A stretch of DNA of 64,000 nucleotides from Heterodontus francisci. Its lineage: Eukaryota. Shown in pieces: positions 12,500-25,845 of the stretch. The first letter of the stretch is position 1. Every line of letters begins with the position of its first letter. Under the pieces are notes generated by a model. It had not been told where the DNA came from. It worked only from the letters and a program-made list of their open reading frames with translations, and did no database searches. The stretch spans positions 22,016,029-22,080,028 of the forward strand of contig NC_090412.1 in the NCBI RefSeq assembly GCF_036365525.1, given 5' to 3'. The position numbers and the translations under genes were made by a program.

Positions 12500-14384
12500 C
12501 TAGCAAGAGAGAAAGACTAGTCACCCTACAGACTTCTACCTAATGGTTATATTTGATCCTCAGAGGTTGGATCACTAACAGTGTAGGAGAAGTTAAATAA
12601 AGCCGTTTTCATTATCTACCTGCCTGAGAGCAAAACCAATGAAGCATTTTTCATGTTGCTTTCAAACATGTACTTTTGAAAAGGTAAATACAGATAACCA
12701 GGTTTCTTCACGGTTTTTATTTATTTATTGACTAAAGGGGCCTGTACATGCTAGGGATGTTTTGTCACCTTCGCATGTTCCCAGTTTCCTTGATTTTTCT
12801 CGCAGCAAGCAAATAAAAGTCAACTATGAACTGAATTGTTCACATCGCAAGTGCCATACCTTGATATTAAGCTAACCCACCCAGTGGGAATATGGCAGGT
12901 TTGGTTCAGGTGCTAGCTTTACACCCTCCCGCTGCTCCCAATTTACGCTCTATAGATTTCAATGGCGTGGGGTGTCAAACTGACCATAAATCGCCCAGTT
13001 CCTGTCAGTTAGGTTAAAATTGGGGCCCAGCGATGGGTGGGGTGGGACGTGTGGTGTGGGGTGTTAATTATCATACAACTCATTCCACTGGATAGCATGC
13101 TCGAGTGAAGGACAAGGCCTCCAATTTCCACTCCAAGTCACACACCATCCTGACTTGGTAATAAATTGTCACTGGGTTAGAATCCTGAAACTCCCTCCCT
13201 AACAGCACATGGACTGCAGCAGTTCAAGAGGACAGCTCATCCCCACCTTCTCAAGGACAATTAGGGATGGGCAATAATTGCCTGCCTTGCCAGCTCCCGC
13301 CCCACCCGATGGAAATGGTGTGAGGCCCCGAACCATTTTGACAGTCAGGTTTTCAATTGAATAACCTCAACAGCTGATGGGCAGCTTGCCGGTTGAGGAA
13401 GTGGGGGGAGGGGGTGCGTGGGGAATCTGGCGGCTCCTCTGCAGACCCAGGTGCAAGCTGAATCTTAAAGAGTTGGAGGCAAACCCAGGAGTGCGTGAGT
13501 TGCAAATCGGAGTTATCAACCATCTTGTCAGTGGATAGCTCTTGTCGCTCAGTAGTCACCCTTTGGTTTGCCATGGTGGCTGAAATGCAGGTGGCACAGC
13601 GACTGCCACTGAATAAAGGCATCATGACTGCTGCCAGGATGCCAGGAATTGGCCTGCATGATGCGCTGCCTGTGGTCTCACCAACTGGACGTTGAGGGAG
13701 TGGAATCTTTTCCGGTTCCGGTACATGGCAGAGTTGACATACGGCTGCAGCAAAGTGATGTTTTTGCAGTCAATGGGACCAAAGGCTTGTAGAATTGTAC
13801 CAACAGCCAGAAGAAATCAACCATTAACTAATGTGTAAGTAGTTGATGATCCCTTTTAATGACGCTGATTGGCGGGGGCGTGGGAGGGTGCGGTTGCTTT
13901 ATTCTGCTTAACACATTTTCAGCTGTGCAAAGCTAAGAGAGGGCATTGGCTGGAATGCGGAGCTCCAGACTGGCTCTCCATGTTTCTAGTGGATGTTAGC
14001 TGCATGCGCACTAATGCCTTCACCAATATGGCATCCAGTGTGATTCACAGCAGAAATGTGCGGACGCCATTTTGTCCCCAAGTAGCACCCATAGTGCCCA
14101 AACAACGGGTGCTACCCATTTTCACATCCAAGATATTCGACCAGAAACCCTGATGGAAGCTGAATCCATAACAACTTTTAAAAAGGGAAGTGGATTAATA
14201 TTTGAAGAAGAAAAATGTAAAAGAGCAATGGATTGTGACGTACTGGATAGCTCTTTCAGAGAGCCAGCACAGGAACGATGGGCCAACCGTGGTGTTCTCT
14301 GTTCCAAAAACCAGGATACCCTCTCGCAGCAGATCCCAGACTGGTGCATTGTCACATATTAGCGCTTCCCATTGAGTTGTTTAC

Positions 14385-14494
14385 CTGTAAAGAGACCTGC
14401 CACGGCCAGGAATGTGGACGTGCCTCATTTCCAGATACGATTCTCCCAGCAATATTCGGCAAGAATTGGGGGACACCACAGTCCCTCGGCCAGT
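14385..14494 (-). CDS. zgc:112285: Serine protease exon 2, propeptide and activation site
   Basis: tttcag acceptor, gtaaac donor; 110 nt. Encodes (D)[17 protein letters not shown]|[19 protein letters not shown]. Confidence 0.95.
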
Positions 14495-14589
14495 CTGAAA
14501 ACCCAATAAATATACATGTCAGCATGGACTGTTCTCACTATCTAGTTGTCCGTCTAACACACTATCTACCTGTTGGTCTGTCTAAGTAG

Positions 14590-16350
14590 GTTATACCTAT
14601 CAGGAAAGATTGAACAGGCTGGAGCACCTTTCTCTAGAAAAGAGAAGGGTGAGAGGTGTCCGATAGATAAATTATGAAAGGATTTGATAGGATGGATGTA
14701 GAAAAGATGTTTCCACTTGGGATGACCAAAACAAGGGGCCATAAATATAAGACTGTCACCAATAAATTCAATAGGGAATTCAGGAGAAATGTCTTTACCT
14801 AGAGAGTGGTTAGAATGTGGAACTCTCTACCATAAGGAGTAGTTAAGACAAATAGCATAGATCCATTTAAGGGGAAGATGAGAAAGAAATGACAGAAGAA
14901 TATGCTGGGAGGGTGAGGTAGAAAGAGGTAGGAGGAAGCTCATTTGGGGCATGAACACCACCATAGACCAGATGGGCTGATTGGCCTGTTTCTGTTCTGT
15001 AAATACTATATATGTATTTAGTGGTGTATCTAATAGTCTATCTACCTATAGTGTAAATCCTATTGTTTTCCCTCAGGTTTTCCTTTCTAGCAGACTGACT
15101 GTACTGGTAGAACAAGCTGATAACTTCTGGCCATGCTGCCATGAGCCAGTAATCAGTTACTGCACACTGTCTGAAGAGGTGGTAGAGGCAGGAACCCTCA
15201 CAACATTTAAGAAGTATTTAGATGAGCACTTGAAACGCCATAGCATACAAGGCTACGGGCCAAATGCTGGAAATTGGGATTAGAATAGATAGGTGCTTGA
15301 TGACCAGCACGGATCTGATGGGCCGAAGGGTCACTAAAGCTAAATAGCAACAATGTCAAGGTAAACACTTTCATTACAGCAAAGAAACTAGGTATTTGTT
15401 CTAAAATTTGCAGTCCCTACTTGCTCCGCAGCAGAGCTTTGTGAAATACGATTCTATGACTCTTCATCCCTCCTCCAACAAGAGGACAAGCGTGGCCATT
15501 ACTTGGGACTTCTCAACAGGAGCACCGTTGCGTCAGCCACTAAACTGTAGGGACATTTAACCTACAATTACCCCCCACCATCCCACAAATACCATGGCTT
15601 GGTGTCTTGCACCAATACAATTACCAGTTTCATTAGCAATTGATTGAAAACAAGGAACGTGTTTGAAGTAGAAACAGTGTGGTCCCAGTACTATTGATGA
15701 CTCTAACAGCGATGTGCTGAGAGGATGCTATTAAAAATCTTTATGAGAAAGGGCAAGAAAGCCAATATTATTGATGCGAAACGAAAGGTTTTGCAAGAGG
15801 CAGAACAGTGGTTTAGAGTCACTGTTGCTGAGAAGTTACATTTTTGTTGCCTGTACTCATCAGCAAACATTTGCATGTTGACCCTAATCATAGAATGATA
15901 GAGCACAAAAGAAGGCCATTTGGCCCACTGTGTCTGTGCTGGATTTATGGTAGAACTATCCAATTATCACACTACCTTGCTCTTTTCCCATAACCCTATA
16001 AATGTTTTTCCTTAAAGTATTTATCCAATTCTCTCATGGATGTTACTATTGAAGCAGCTTCTATCCCCTTTCAGGCAGTGCATTGCAGATCACAACAACT
16101 CGCTGTGTTAAAAAAAAGTTTCCTCATTTTGTCTCTGGCTTTTTATCAACCACCTTAAATTGGTGAGCTCTGGTTATGGCTCCTTCTGCCACTGGAAATA
16201 GTTTCTCCTTATTTACTCTTATCAATACCATTTATGATTTTGAACACCTCTATCTTCTCTTAACCTTCTCTGCTCTAAGGAGACCAACCCCATGTTCTTT
16301 AGTCTCTCCATGTAACTGAAGTCTTTCATCCCTGCTCCCATTCTTGTAAT
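14590..16350. mobile_element. Cluster of old CR1 3' fragments
   Basis: CR1 C-terminal/3'UTR-like sequence at ~14590-15000 (+), 15165-15330 (+) and 15885-16350 (-). Confidence 0.65.
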
Positions 16351-17844
16351 ACCATTGGGAAAAGCACACGGGTAGAATTTCAACTTGCATTGTTGGATTT
16401 GCCTGTCTGCTCAGATGCAATCTAAAGATCCCATGGCTAACATTCTTCCCTCAAACAACAGTACCAATCTAACAGATTAACCAGCTATTAATCTCATTGC
16501 TGTTTGTGGGACTTTGTTGTGTGTAAGATAGCTGCTGTGTTTTCCTACATAATGAGTGACTGCACACCAAAACAATTTAGATGAAGTGTTCGGGGATGTT
16601 CCTAAGACATGTGAGAAATAAGGCAATACAAGCCTTTCAATGGAACCACAGAGACATTTAACATTATGTATACTGTTGGTTTCAGTATATTGCAGAATGC
16701 ATTACGGCACTATAAACCCATTTATCTCTGAGCTGAATAGGGTTGCCTAGCAAAACATTGCCATTATTTTGAACGGCAGTAACGGTAACTCATAAAGCAT
16801 TGCTGTGTTATTGTGTTTTTTTCTTTACTTGCTCTTAGGATGAGCATCGCTGGCAAGGCTGGTATTAATTGCCCATTCCTTGTTGCCCCAGTGATGGGCC
16901 TGCTCCTTGAACCTGGTGGTAAGAGTGCCTCCACACTGCTTTTCATACAATCATAGGAAGATACAGTGCCGTGAAAGACCATTGCAGTTCATCTGACTGC
17001 TTCCATAGTCAATACCCTATTACAGTTTGAATGTCACAAGGACTTTTTAGTAATATTATGATGAATTTTGCAAAATGTTGATATACTGAAGTGAGGAGAG
17101 ATGGGGCTTAATTTATTGGGTCACTGACCGGCCTTCTGTTGACCGCTGCTCAGAAGGTTGTATTTCAGAATTAAACACTTAACCTCACCCATTGAAAATG
17201 CAGAAGCAATTAAATATTGATCCAATACCTGACTGACTGAATTCACTCCCTGGTCTTAGAAGAGAGTGAGAGGGAGAGAAACCAATCAATCATCTTTTTA
17301 AAAAAAGGAGCCATATAAACACATATGATTGGCTAGTGTAAGTTATTCTGTTAAGCTGATGAGTTCACTTGGTCTTTTGCATTACTCAAACTCTCATTAT
17401 CCTTGTGTTTTCTGATACTTCCAGCCAGATCTTGCAGGGGTTTGATTAATTGTTTGTAAATTTCTATAAAACAAGTTGAATAACAAAAGCTCCACTTTTG
17501 AAATATGAACCCACATTGGTGGGGGCGGGGGGAGAGTGGGGGGAGGTGGCCTTGACTGGTAGCATAAAACGGGCAATAGAGAATCGTAGCCTTATTTTAC
17601 ACCCTGTCTGATGTTCTTTCCATTGTGTTCAAGACACCCAGTCTTTGAATTTTTATTTGTAAGGAGTACAATTTTTTTTTGTAAATTTGCCCTGCTTGGA
17701 ATTTGAACAGGGGTGTCCAAATCGACCCCCATAACTTTGGTGGAACATGGACAATGGACGGAGATTCCATTTATGGTAGGAGGCCCACCCTCCCTGAGGA
17801 AATTCGCCCCATCTTCCCTCTCTAGGAACAGAATTCTCTACATC

Positions 17845-18440
17845 GTCAGCAAGAACATATTGGCTTTGGAGGGGGTTCAGTACAGATCCACCATGTTAAA
17901 AGGGTTATGTTATGAGGGCAGGTTGCATAGACTAGACTTGTGTTCCCCTGAGTATAGAAGATTGAGGGGTGATCTAACTGAGATGTTTAAGATGATTAAA
18001 GGATTTGATAGGGTTGATGAGAGAGAAATTATTTCCCCTCATGGAGGACTCTAGAACAGTGGGGCATAACCTTAAAATTCCGAAGAAGGGTCACTGACCC
18101 GAAACGTTAACTCTGCTTCTCTTTTCACAGATGCTGCCAGACCCGCTGAGTGATTCCAGCATTTCTTGTTTTTATTACCTTAAAATTATAGCTAGGCCAT
18201 TAAGGGGTGATGTCAGGAAGCACTTCTACACAAAGAATAGTGGAAATCTGGAATTCTCTCCCTGTTGTCCTTACACAGTCTGGCCTGTATATGACCAACG
18301 TTGTTGACTCTTAACTGCATCCTGAAGTGAACTAACAAGACAATCAGTTGTATCAAAACTGCTACCAGCGGTTCAAGAAGAAGGTCAAGCACTGCCTTCT
18401 CGGGGCAAATAGGGATGGGCAATAAATGCTGATGACACTT
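17845..18440 (+). mobile_element. CR1 3' fragment with a short inserted repeat and a further LINE tail
   Basis: RRLRGDLTEMFKMIKGFDRVD motif; insertion at 18080-18177 shared with 53025-53110 and 7320-7420. Confidence 0.65.
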
Positions 18441-18748
18441 TCTGCGAATGAATTTTTAAAAATAACTAGTCTGGTCCAACGCCATCATGGAAGCACCATT
18501 GCCCATGAGGGCTGCAAGAGAAAGTCCAGCATCATCTTCTATGGGAAACTGGTGGTTTGCAATAAACATGGCCATGTCAGCATCACTCACATCCCAAGAA
18601 CAAATAAAAGAAACTGAACTGTATTTTGATTGTCCCTATTCCACACACAGTATTTATATGGTCACTGATCCACACCAACATTATTTAGGTTGTCAGGAAA
18701 TGCTTTTTGACTTTTTTTCCATTCAGAAGACAATTTCAATGTACTTAC

Positions 18749-18857
18749 CTAGATGTGTAACTTTGCGTTGCAGGCCATTGCCAATGTACAAGGCCTGGGT
18801 TAGAGACAGCACCAGGGAAATGAGAGGTACACTCTGTCCTAGCATCTTCAGCAGCAT
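18749..18857 (-). CDS. zgc:112285: Serine protease exon 1, signal peptide
   Basis: Encodes MLLKMLGQSVPLISLVLSLTQALYIGNGLQRKVTHL+G, then a gtaagt donor; phase 1 joins exon 2. Alternative in-frame ATG at 18845. Spliced CDS is 939 nt = 312 aa + stop. Confidence 0.88.
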
Positions 18858-18896
18858 TCCATTGTGTGATTCCAAATATCCCTCTCTTCACTCCCT

Positions 18897-18907
18897 TATT
18901 TATATAA
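18897..18907 (-). promoter_or_regulatory. TATA box of the protease gene
   Basis: TATATAAATA on the minus strand ~40-50 nt upstream of the first ATG. Confidence 0.7.
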
Positions 18908-19379
18908 GTGATGGGCATGCAGGAGCCTTCATGTGACTCCATGTCACTATTGTCGTAGGATTACAACTCTGCTGTACAACAATAAAACCCGAGCTAAACA
19001 CAGGGACCCAGATGCTTCTGGGTGGCCTGTTCCTCTGTGTGCGCTTGCTTGTCAGCCAATCACATGGTGAGTCAAATCAGTTGTTTCAATAATGGGTTGA
19101 CTGACCATGCACAAACAGCTGCATCAGTGACTACGCATCATGTTCTAGAAAGCATTGTTTTGGAAAAACTGGTATGAATTGGGAGCAGGAACAAGGCCTC
19201 CTTAACAGAGTTTAGCTCCGATCATGTACTTTTTGGGTTTGCGTTTGCCTGCTCCTTTTAAAAATTGTGGCATGGGTTGAGGTATAATACACACTTAGAA
19301 GAGTCTCCTTAGTGAATCATTAGAACATGCCTACTGTACCCTTAGAAAAGCATCTCCTACTGTATCCTTAGAAGAACAT

Positions 19380-19720
19380 TCATATTTGTCAGTCACTCTG
19401 TCCCTAATGACAGAATTTGTAACTTCCCTACAACAGACTTCAGATGAATATTTCTGTAATTTCTTGGCTTCTCACTCCCACCCTTCTTAAATAATGGAAT
19501 GACTAAAGCATCTGCAATTTCCTCACCTAATTCTTTTACTCCCCTGGGGTGGAAACGATCAAATCCTAGAGAATTGTCAATCTTCAATCCATTGAAATTT
19601 ATTTTACTTATCTTAAATCTAGTAAGTTTCTCCTCTTGATTTATTTTCAGTTTTCCTCCTAACTCTTCAAAGTAATCATTTAAAAAGTCAGCCATCTCCT
19701 TATTTGCAATGACAATTTTA
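19380..19720 (-). mobile_element. Old CR1 fragment
   Basis: Degenerate HPRVLKEL/PLFKKG/NYRP-like motifs in ORF 19393-19695. Confidence 0.65.
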
Positions 19721-19775
19721 TGTGTCTGACTTTAGGAGACCCATGTTACCCTTATCCTCTTCTTAATACACCTGT

Positions 19776-20136
19776 ATATTTATTTATTTATTTTATTTAT
19801 TGATACAGCACTGAAATAGGCCCTTCGGCCCACCGAGTCTGTGCCAACCATCAACCACCCATTTATACTAATCCTACACTAATCCCATATCCCTACCACA
19901 TCCCCACCTGTCCCTATATTCCCCTACCACCTACCTACACTAGGAGAAATTTATAATGGCCAATTTACCTATCAACCTGCAAGTCTTTGGCTGTGGGAGG
20001 AAACCAGAGCACCCGGCGAAAACCCACGCAGACACAGAGAGAACTTGCAAACTCCACACAGGCAGTATCCAGAACTGAACCTGGGTCGCGGGAGCTGTGA
20101 GGCTGCAGTGCTAACCACTGCGCCACTGTGCCACCC
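19776..20136 (-). mobile_element. Full-length tRNA-derived V-SINE (HE1-like)
   Basis: Head GGCACAGTGGCGCAGTGGTTAGCACTGC (A box), B box GGTTC, V-domain TGCGTGGGTTT..CCGGGTGCTC.GGTTTCCTCCCAC, CR1-like tail and (AAAT)n end. Confidence 0.88.
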
Positions 20137-21099
20137 GTGTCTCCGTGTCAAATTTTGTTTAATAGCCCTCCTGTGAAGTACCTGGGACATTTTGCTATGT
20201 TAAAGGGACTATGTAAATGCAAGTTATTGTCATTTTTTGTGTCATCCTTGATATTGTCACATGTTTTTTCTCCTATTTCCTTTTTACAGCTCTCACCTTT
20301 TTTTTAATCCCTTTGCTGTTCTTTATATCGTTACCAGCCTGCAAGATCTCCACTATTCTTTGCATTTGTGTAAGTTCTTTTTGTTTTCATCAATCCCTGT
20401 TTTGTTGACCACGGCTGTTTAATAACATAAGTAGAGCTCTTACCCATGAGGGGTATACACGGGACTTGTTTTGTACCAAATGCCACTCTTCATCTATAGT
20501 TATCTCTGCTAAAAATTCCCCTCAGTTTACAGTGGTCAATTTCTGCTTCATCCCTTCAGTCAGCTTTACTGAAATATAATACAGAGGTTTGTGACTCACT
20601 CTTCTCCCTCTCAAAGCTAATATAAAATGCAGTCATGGTCACTGTTGGTTAGGTGTTCCCATACTGTTCGATTGTTAACTAATTCTGACTTATAGTTTTA
20701 CGCTGACATGGTTTGGTTTAACCTGGCACTGTCTTATATCCCCTTCCACAATTTCGTCCCTTCTCAACCTATCCCTCAATCCCCTCTCATTTCACACATT
20801 GAATTTTCAGTTGAACCTATTCGTACTGCCTGTTTTAATTACTTGCCCTGGCAACCTATTCCATGCGTTCATTGGCCTTTGTGTGAATTCCTGTTTTTAT
20901 CTTAATTTCTGAATTTTTAGGTGACACCAATCAGTTGCTGATTGGTAAAAAGATCACATCTTATAAAGGGTAGGTAAAATACCAGATTCTGTATAAATGG
21001 TCTTGTGTGGTGTTCTGGACTCATTTCAACTAAGGGGGTTGAAGAGCAATTTACCAGATTTTTTTCCTTGATTGGCCTTGGTTTTTTTCTCAGTGGGTG

Positions 21100-22275
21100 T
21101 GTGGGCAGGTTCCGTCAGGACCATTCAGATCCAGACTTCATTACAGTATTGGTCCAAACATGGACAAAAGAGCTGAATTCCAGAGGTGAGGTGAGAGTGT
21201 TTGCCATTCACATCAAGGCAGCATTTGATTGAGGGGGTCTAGTAAATCTGAAGTCAGTAGTATTGGGGAAAAGTCTCCACTGGTTGGAGTCGTACCAAGC
21301 AAAAAGGAAAATGGTTGTTGTTGTTGAAGGCCAATCATCTTAGCTCCAGGACATCGCTGCAGGAGTTCCTCAGGGCAGTGTCCTAGGCCAAGCCATCTTC
21401 ATTTATGACCTTTCCTCCATCTTTGATAATTGCATAGTGTTCAGTTCCATTTGCAACTCCTCAGATAATGAATGAATCCGTGCCTCTCGGGCTGATAAGT
21501 GGCAAGTAACGTTCACACTACACAAGTGCCAGGCAATGACCATCTCCAAAAAGAGAGGATCTAACCATCTCCCCTTGACATTCAACGGCATTACCATCAC
21601 TGAATCCTCCACCATCAGCATACTGGGGGTTACTGTTGACCAGAAACTTAACTAGATCAGCCACATAAATTCTGTGGCTACAAGAGCAGGTCAGAGGCTG
21701 AGAATCCTGCAGCGAGTAACTCACCTCCTGTCTCCCCAAAGCCTGGCAACATCAACAAAGCATAAGTGAAGAGTGTGCTGGAATACTCTCCACTTGCTTG
21801 GATGAGTGTATCTCAAACAACACTTATGAAGCTCGATACCATCCAGGACAAAGCAGCCCACTTGATTGGCACCCCATCCATCACCTTAAACATTCAATCC
21901 CTTCACCGCCAGCGCACAGTGGCAGCACCATGTACCATCTACAAGATGCACTGCAGCAAAGCTTCAAGGCTTCTTTGACAGCTCTTTGCAAACCAACTAC
22001 CTCTACCACCTAGAAGAACAAGGGCAGCAGGTACATGGGGACACCTCCACATGCACGTTCCCCTCAATGTCACACACCATCCTGACTTGGGTATATATCG
22101 CTGTTCCTTCACTGTCGCTGGGTCAAATTCTTCATTTGGTGAACCTCCTTCCTTAACAGCACTGTGGGTGAACCTACACCACAGGGCCTGTAGCAATTCA
22201 AGAAAGCGACTCTCCACCACTTTCTCAAGGGCAATTATGGATGGGAAATAAATGTTGGCCTTACCAGCAATGTCT
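21100..22275 (+). mobile_element. CR1-group non-LTR retrotransposon (second family), degenerate
   Basis: IKAAFD, GVPQGSVLG and LEYSPLAW motifs; same family as 56160-57810. Confidence 0.85.
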
Positions 22276-23094
22276 ACTTTCCATGAATGAATAAAATAAG
22301 GTGAGTGTGTGGGCAGGTGGGTGTGGGTTCTAATCGTCGCTGTTCTGTGGGATGGGTTTGATGGACCCGCTAGTCATTTCCTGCTTACCAATTTTGTATG
22401 TTCATATCACATTGCTTTCCTACTCATCTGTGTAAAATCGCTGGTTCAAAGACAGCCCATAATATCAATACACAAGGATATTCTTTCAATGTTTTTATTG
22501 ATATTCACTTCCTTTAAAGTAGATAAACAAAGCCTTCAAAACCACTGTAATTGATGGCAAACTAAGTGTCCTTTTCTCTATGACTAAATATCTTATGAAG
22601 CTAATACCACAGAGCAACCACTATATTGACAAAGATATCTTTCATTTTGACCCCAGCCCCAACCCCAGGCAGCTGCTGCTGGTTAAGGGCCTTAGTTACA
22701 TGTCAAGAAAATCACACTGATTGCCAAAGTCACAACCCATCTTATAGGCTGCCCTACTGGAGAGGAGAGACGATATTGTTCTTTCACATTATCTACATCA
22801 AGGAGCATTGAGCCCTGAAATTCCTCTGATCACAATCTGGTAGTTTTGCCAGGACGATGGCTGATGCTGCCCTCCAGCACTGACCCAAGTGAGCTTTGGC
22901 CAGTGGGAGGGAGCCTCGTTAGTCATGGGACAGACAGGTACAGCCATACAGTCCTATCTTCATGGAGACCCCTGGACTCCATTAAAGCACTTGTGGAGAC
23001 CAGTATGCATCCACTCCCTCAGTGTACCCAGTTGCCACTGTAATTCTGGGTCCCAACTGTGGATCAGGTGTGGGAACTCCTGACTGAGACCCTT

Positions 23095-23295
23095 CCAGGG
23101 GAGGTGGTGGAAGCAGGTACGATAGCGATGTTTAAGAGGCATCTTGACAAATACATGAATAGGATGGGAATAAAGGGATACAGTCCCCGGAAGTGCAGAA
23201 GGTTTTAGTTTAGGCAGGCATCAAGATCGGCGCAGGCTTGGAGGGCCGAATGGCCTGTTCCTGTGCTGTAATGTTCTTTGTTCTTTTGTTCTTTG
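23095..23295 (+). mobile_element. Young CR1 3' tail
   Basis: Near-identical to the 10405 and 39894 copies; TTCTTTG tail. Confidence 0.88.
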
Positions 23296-23889
23296 AAGGG
23301 AGTGATCAAGAGAGGAAACTTTGCTTAATTTTCCCCTTTCTTACCCAGCGGCTCTAGTTGTACTATCCCTACCACAAATTCATATAAGATCAGCTTACTT
23401 GGCACAAATTGAGGGTTGGGTGGCTTTGTTTCACATGAGGTTCACCAAATGCATGATTTGGGACATCTCACCAAGCCGTGTTTGACATTGTAGTTCATGG
23501 ATCCCATTGTAGACTGGCAGCTTTGAGAAAAATTGAACACTTCTCAATTCTACCAGAATGAGAGTAAGGATAAAAGGTCAATTTATCCACCATTGTTGCT
23601 CAAGCTAAACCCGTCAGTGAAAGTTCAATTGAAAATGGCAACCATTAGTAAAATTCAAAATCGTTTAGGCTATTAACAGATTTCCTGTGGCATTGCTCAT
23701 GGACTCTCTCGGAATCCTGGAACATGTTTGTGATGTTTAACAGCAAACCTGGCCAGTCCCTTTGAGACAACTAGTCTAAATATGAAAATCTGGGTAATTG
23801 CAGCTACTTACAAACGTTGGAGGAAAATTAGAAGGCAGCAGCAACTACTTGTAAATTTTAGGCTCCAGTGCAAAGTCTGGTTTCACATA

Positions 23890-24320
23890 GAATTACACAG
23901 ACTTTACAGCACAACAGATTTATGCCAGTGTTTATACCCCACATGGGCTTCCTCCCACCTTATTTCATCTGACCCTATCAGCATATCCTATTCTTTCCTC
24001 TCTCATGCACTTATCTAGTTTCCCCTTAAATGCATCAATGCTATTCGCCTCAACTACTCATTGTGATAGTGAGTTCCATGTTCTCACCAAACCCTGGGTA
24101 AAGAATTTCTCTGGAATTCCTTATTGGATTTAGTAGTAACTGTCTTATATTTATGACTCCTAGTTTTGGATTCCCCCACAAATGGAAACATCTTTTCTAT
24201 GCCTATCCAATAAAACCCCTTCATAATTTCAAAGACCTATATAAGGTTACCCCTCAGCTTCCTCTTTTCTAGAGAAAAGAGCCATGTCCTGTTCAATCTT
24301 TCCTGATAGTTATTTCTTTA
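23890..24320 (-). mobile_element. Old CR1 3' fragment
   Basis: Antisense counterpart of the 14590-15000 CR1 tail; similar copy at 36470-36840. Confidence 0.65.
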
Positions 24321-25388
24321 TATTTAAGATTCCTTTATATTTGTTGTGTGACTTAATACATAGGAGTAATTCAGCAATTCCTTACTCAGAAAGCATGAGA
24401 TGGAGAATTTGGTCCTCAATGTTATAACCCCTTCTCAGACTCAAACTTACATTGACTATAATTTCACACTGAAGATGTAAGATCACAAGAGTATCCCTGA
24501 TATAAAATAGGATATCCTATGGCTTTGATCACATTAAGCTGTATAATATATTTTATAAAGAGTCATACTTTCTCAGGCATTGTGTATTATTCTGCTGCCA
24601 AGGCAGAGTTGTGTCCATTTAAGGCTAAAACTTCATTAAATGGAAAGTCACATTTCAAATGCGGATATGGTGTGGTTAGATGACCAAAGAAGCTTCCGTT
24701 ACTTTGCCCCAACAATGTACCTCAGTTCTAACCACAAGAGAATGTCTTCTCCTGCATTTTTCATACTAGCCCTTGGCTTCTCTGAGTAAGGTTACCAATT
24801 TTGTTTCATATTTTATACAAGAGATCTAAGTCCTCAAAAACAGGAATTCATTTGCCCAAACTCTTTTCACACAGGACCCTTACTGTTAGGAAAGGATGTT
24901 TCCAGCCATCACTTCAGCCTGGATTTGAATCTAGATGCCAGAGGTGAAAGGGTGAAAGAGCAATGTCTAACCACCAATGCCACCCTATCCCTTCATTCTC
25001 AATTCTTTGATATGTTTCTTCTGTAAAAGCTGTATGGCAATGGCTCCTATTTTATGTTGTGATGTGTGCACATCCTTACCCAAGCTGTGGCCATATGACT
25101 GTCTCATGGTAGAACCAGAAAAAAAGGCAGCATTACCAGCAACAGCACCGATGTCACTTGCCTGTACCACTACTGCAAAGATGGTTTCAAAACGCTGCTT
25201 CATAGAGAGAGGGAATATAGGTCTGTGCCTAGAGATCATCACATGGTGAGCTCATCCTACCTTGAGCATCTGTCTGACACTTCCCATGTGGAAGGAAAAG
25301 AATCCACAGGTCAGGTATATCCATCGACATTCTGGGTCTGTATTTTGATGGGACTCCTACACTTGTTTCAGTAAGGTTTTTGGTGTCA

Positions 25389-25845
25389 GTTGTAGTTCAG
25401 CAGTAGTACTCTTGCTTCTGAGCCAGAAGGTTGTGGGTTCAAGCACCACTTTGGGGATCTGAGCACACAATTTAGGCAAACACTTCAGTGCAGTACTGAG
25501 GGAGTGCTGCACAGTTGGAGGTGCCATTTTACAAATGAGACAATAAACTGACGCCCTGTCTGCCCTCTCAGGTAGATATAAAAGATCCCAGGGCACTATT
25601 TCGAAGAAGAGTAGGGTAGTTATCCTTAGTGTCCTGGCCAATATTTATCCCTCCGTCAACATCATTTAAACAGATTATCTGATTGATATCTTATTGCTGT
25701 GTGTGAGACCTAACTGTGCACAAATTGGCTGTTATGTTTCCTACATTACAATAGTGACTACACTTCAAAAAGTATTTTATTGGCTGTAAAGCACTTTGGG
25801 ACATCCCATGGTCATGAAAGGTGCAATATACATGCAAGTCTTTCT
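25389..25845 (+). mobile_element. Deu-domain SINE (SacSINE1-like), near full length
   Basis: tRNA-like head with GGTTCAAG B box, Deu-like core and L2-type tail. Confidence 0.75.

Noticed and set aside
19990-20136. tRNA-like sequences in SINE heads (also 6699, 25389, 33172, 47300)
   Set aside because: Pol III A/B boxes continue into SINE bodies; there is no complete cloverleaf.
24985-25242. ORF with a weak RNase H-like look (QASDIGAV) and, in another frame, a hydrophobic signal-like stretch before a GTAAG donor
   Set aside because: Catalytic motifs are not convincing, the hydrophobic frame is bracketed by stops, and no partner exons were found.
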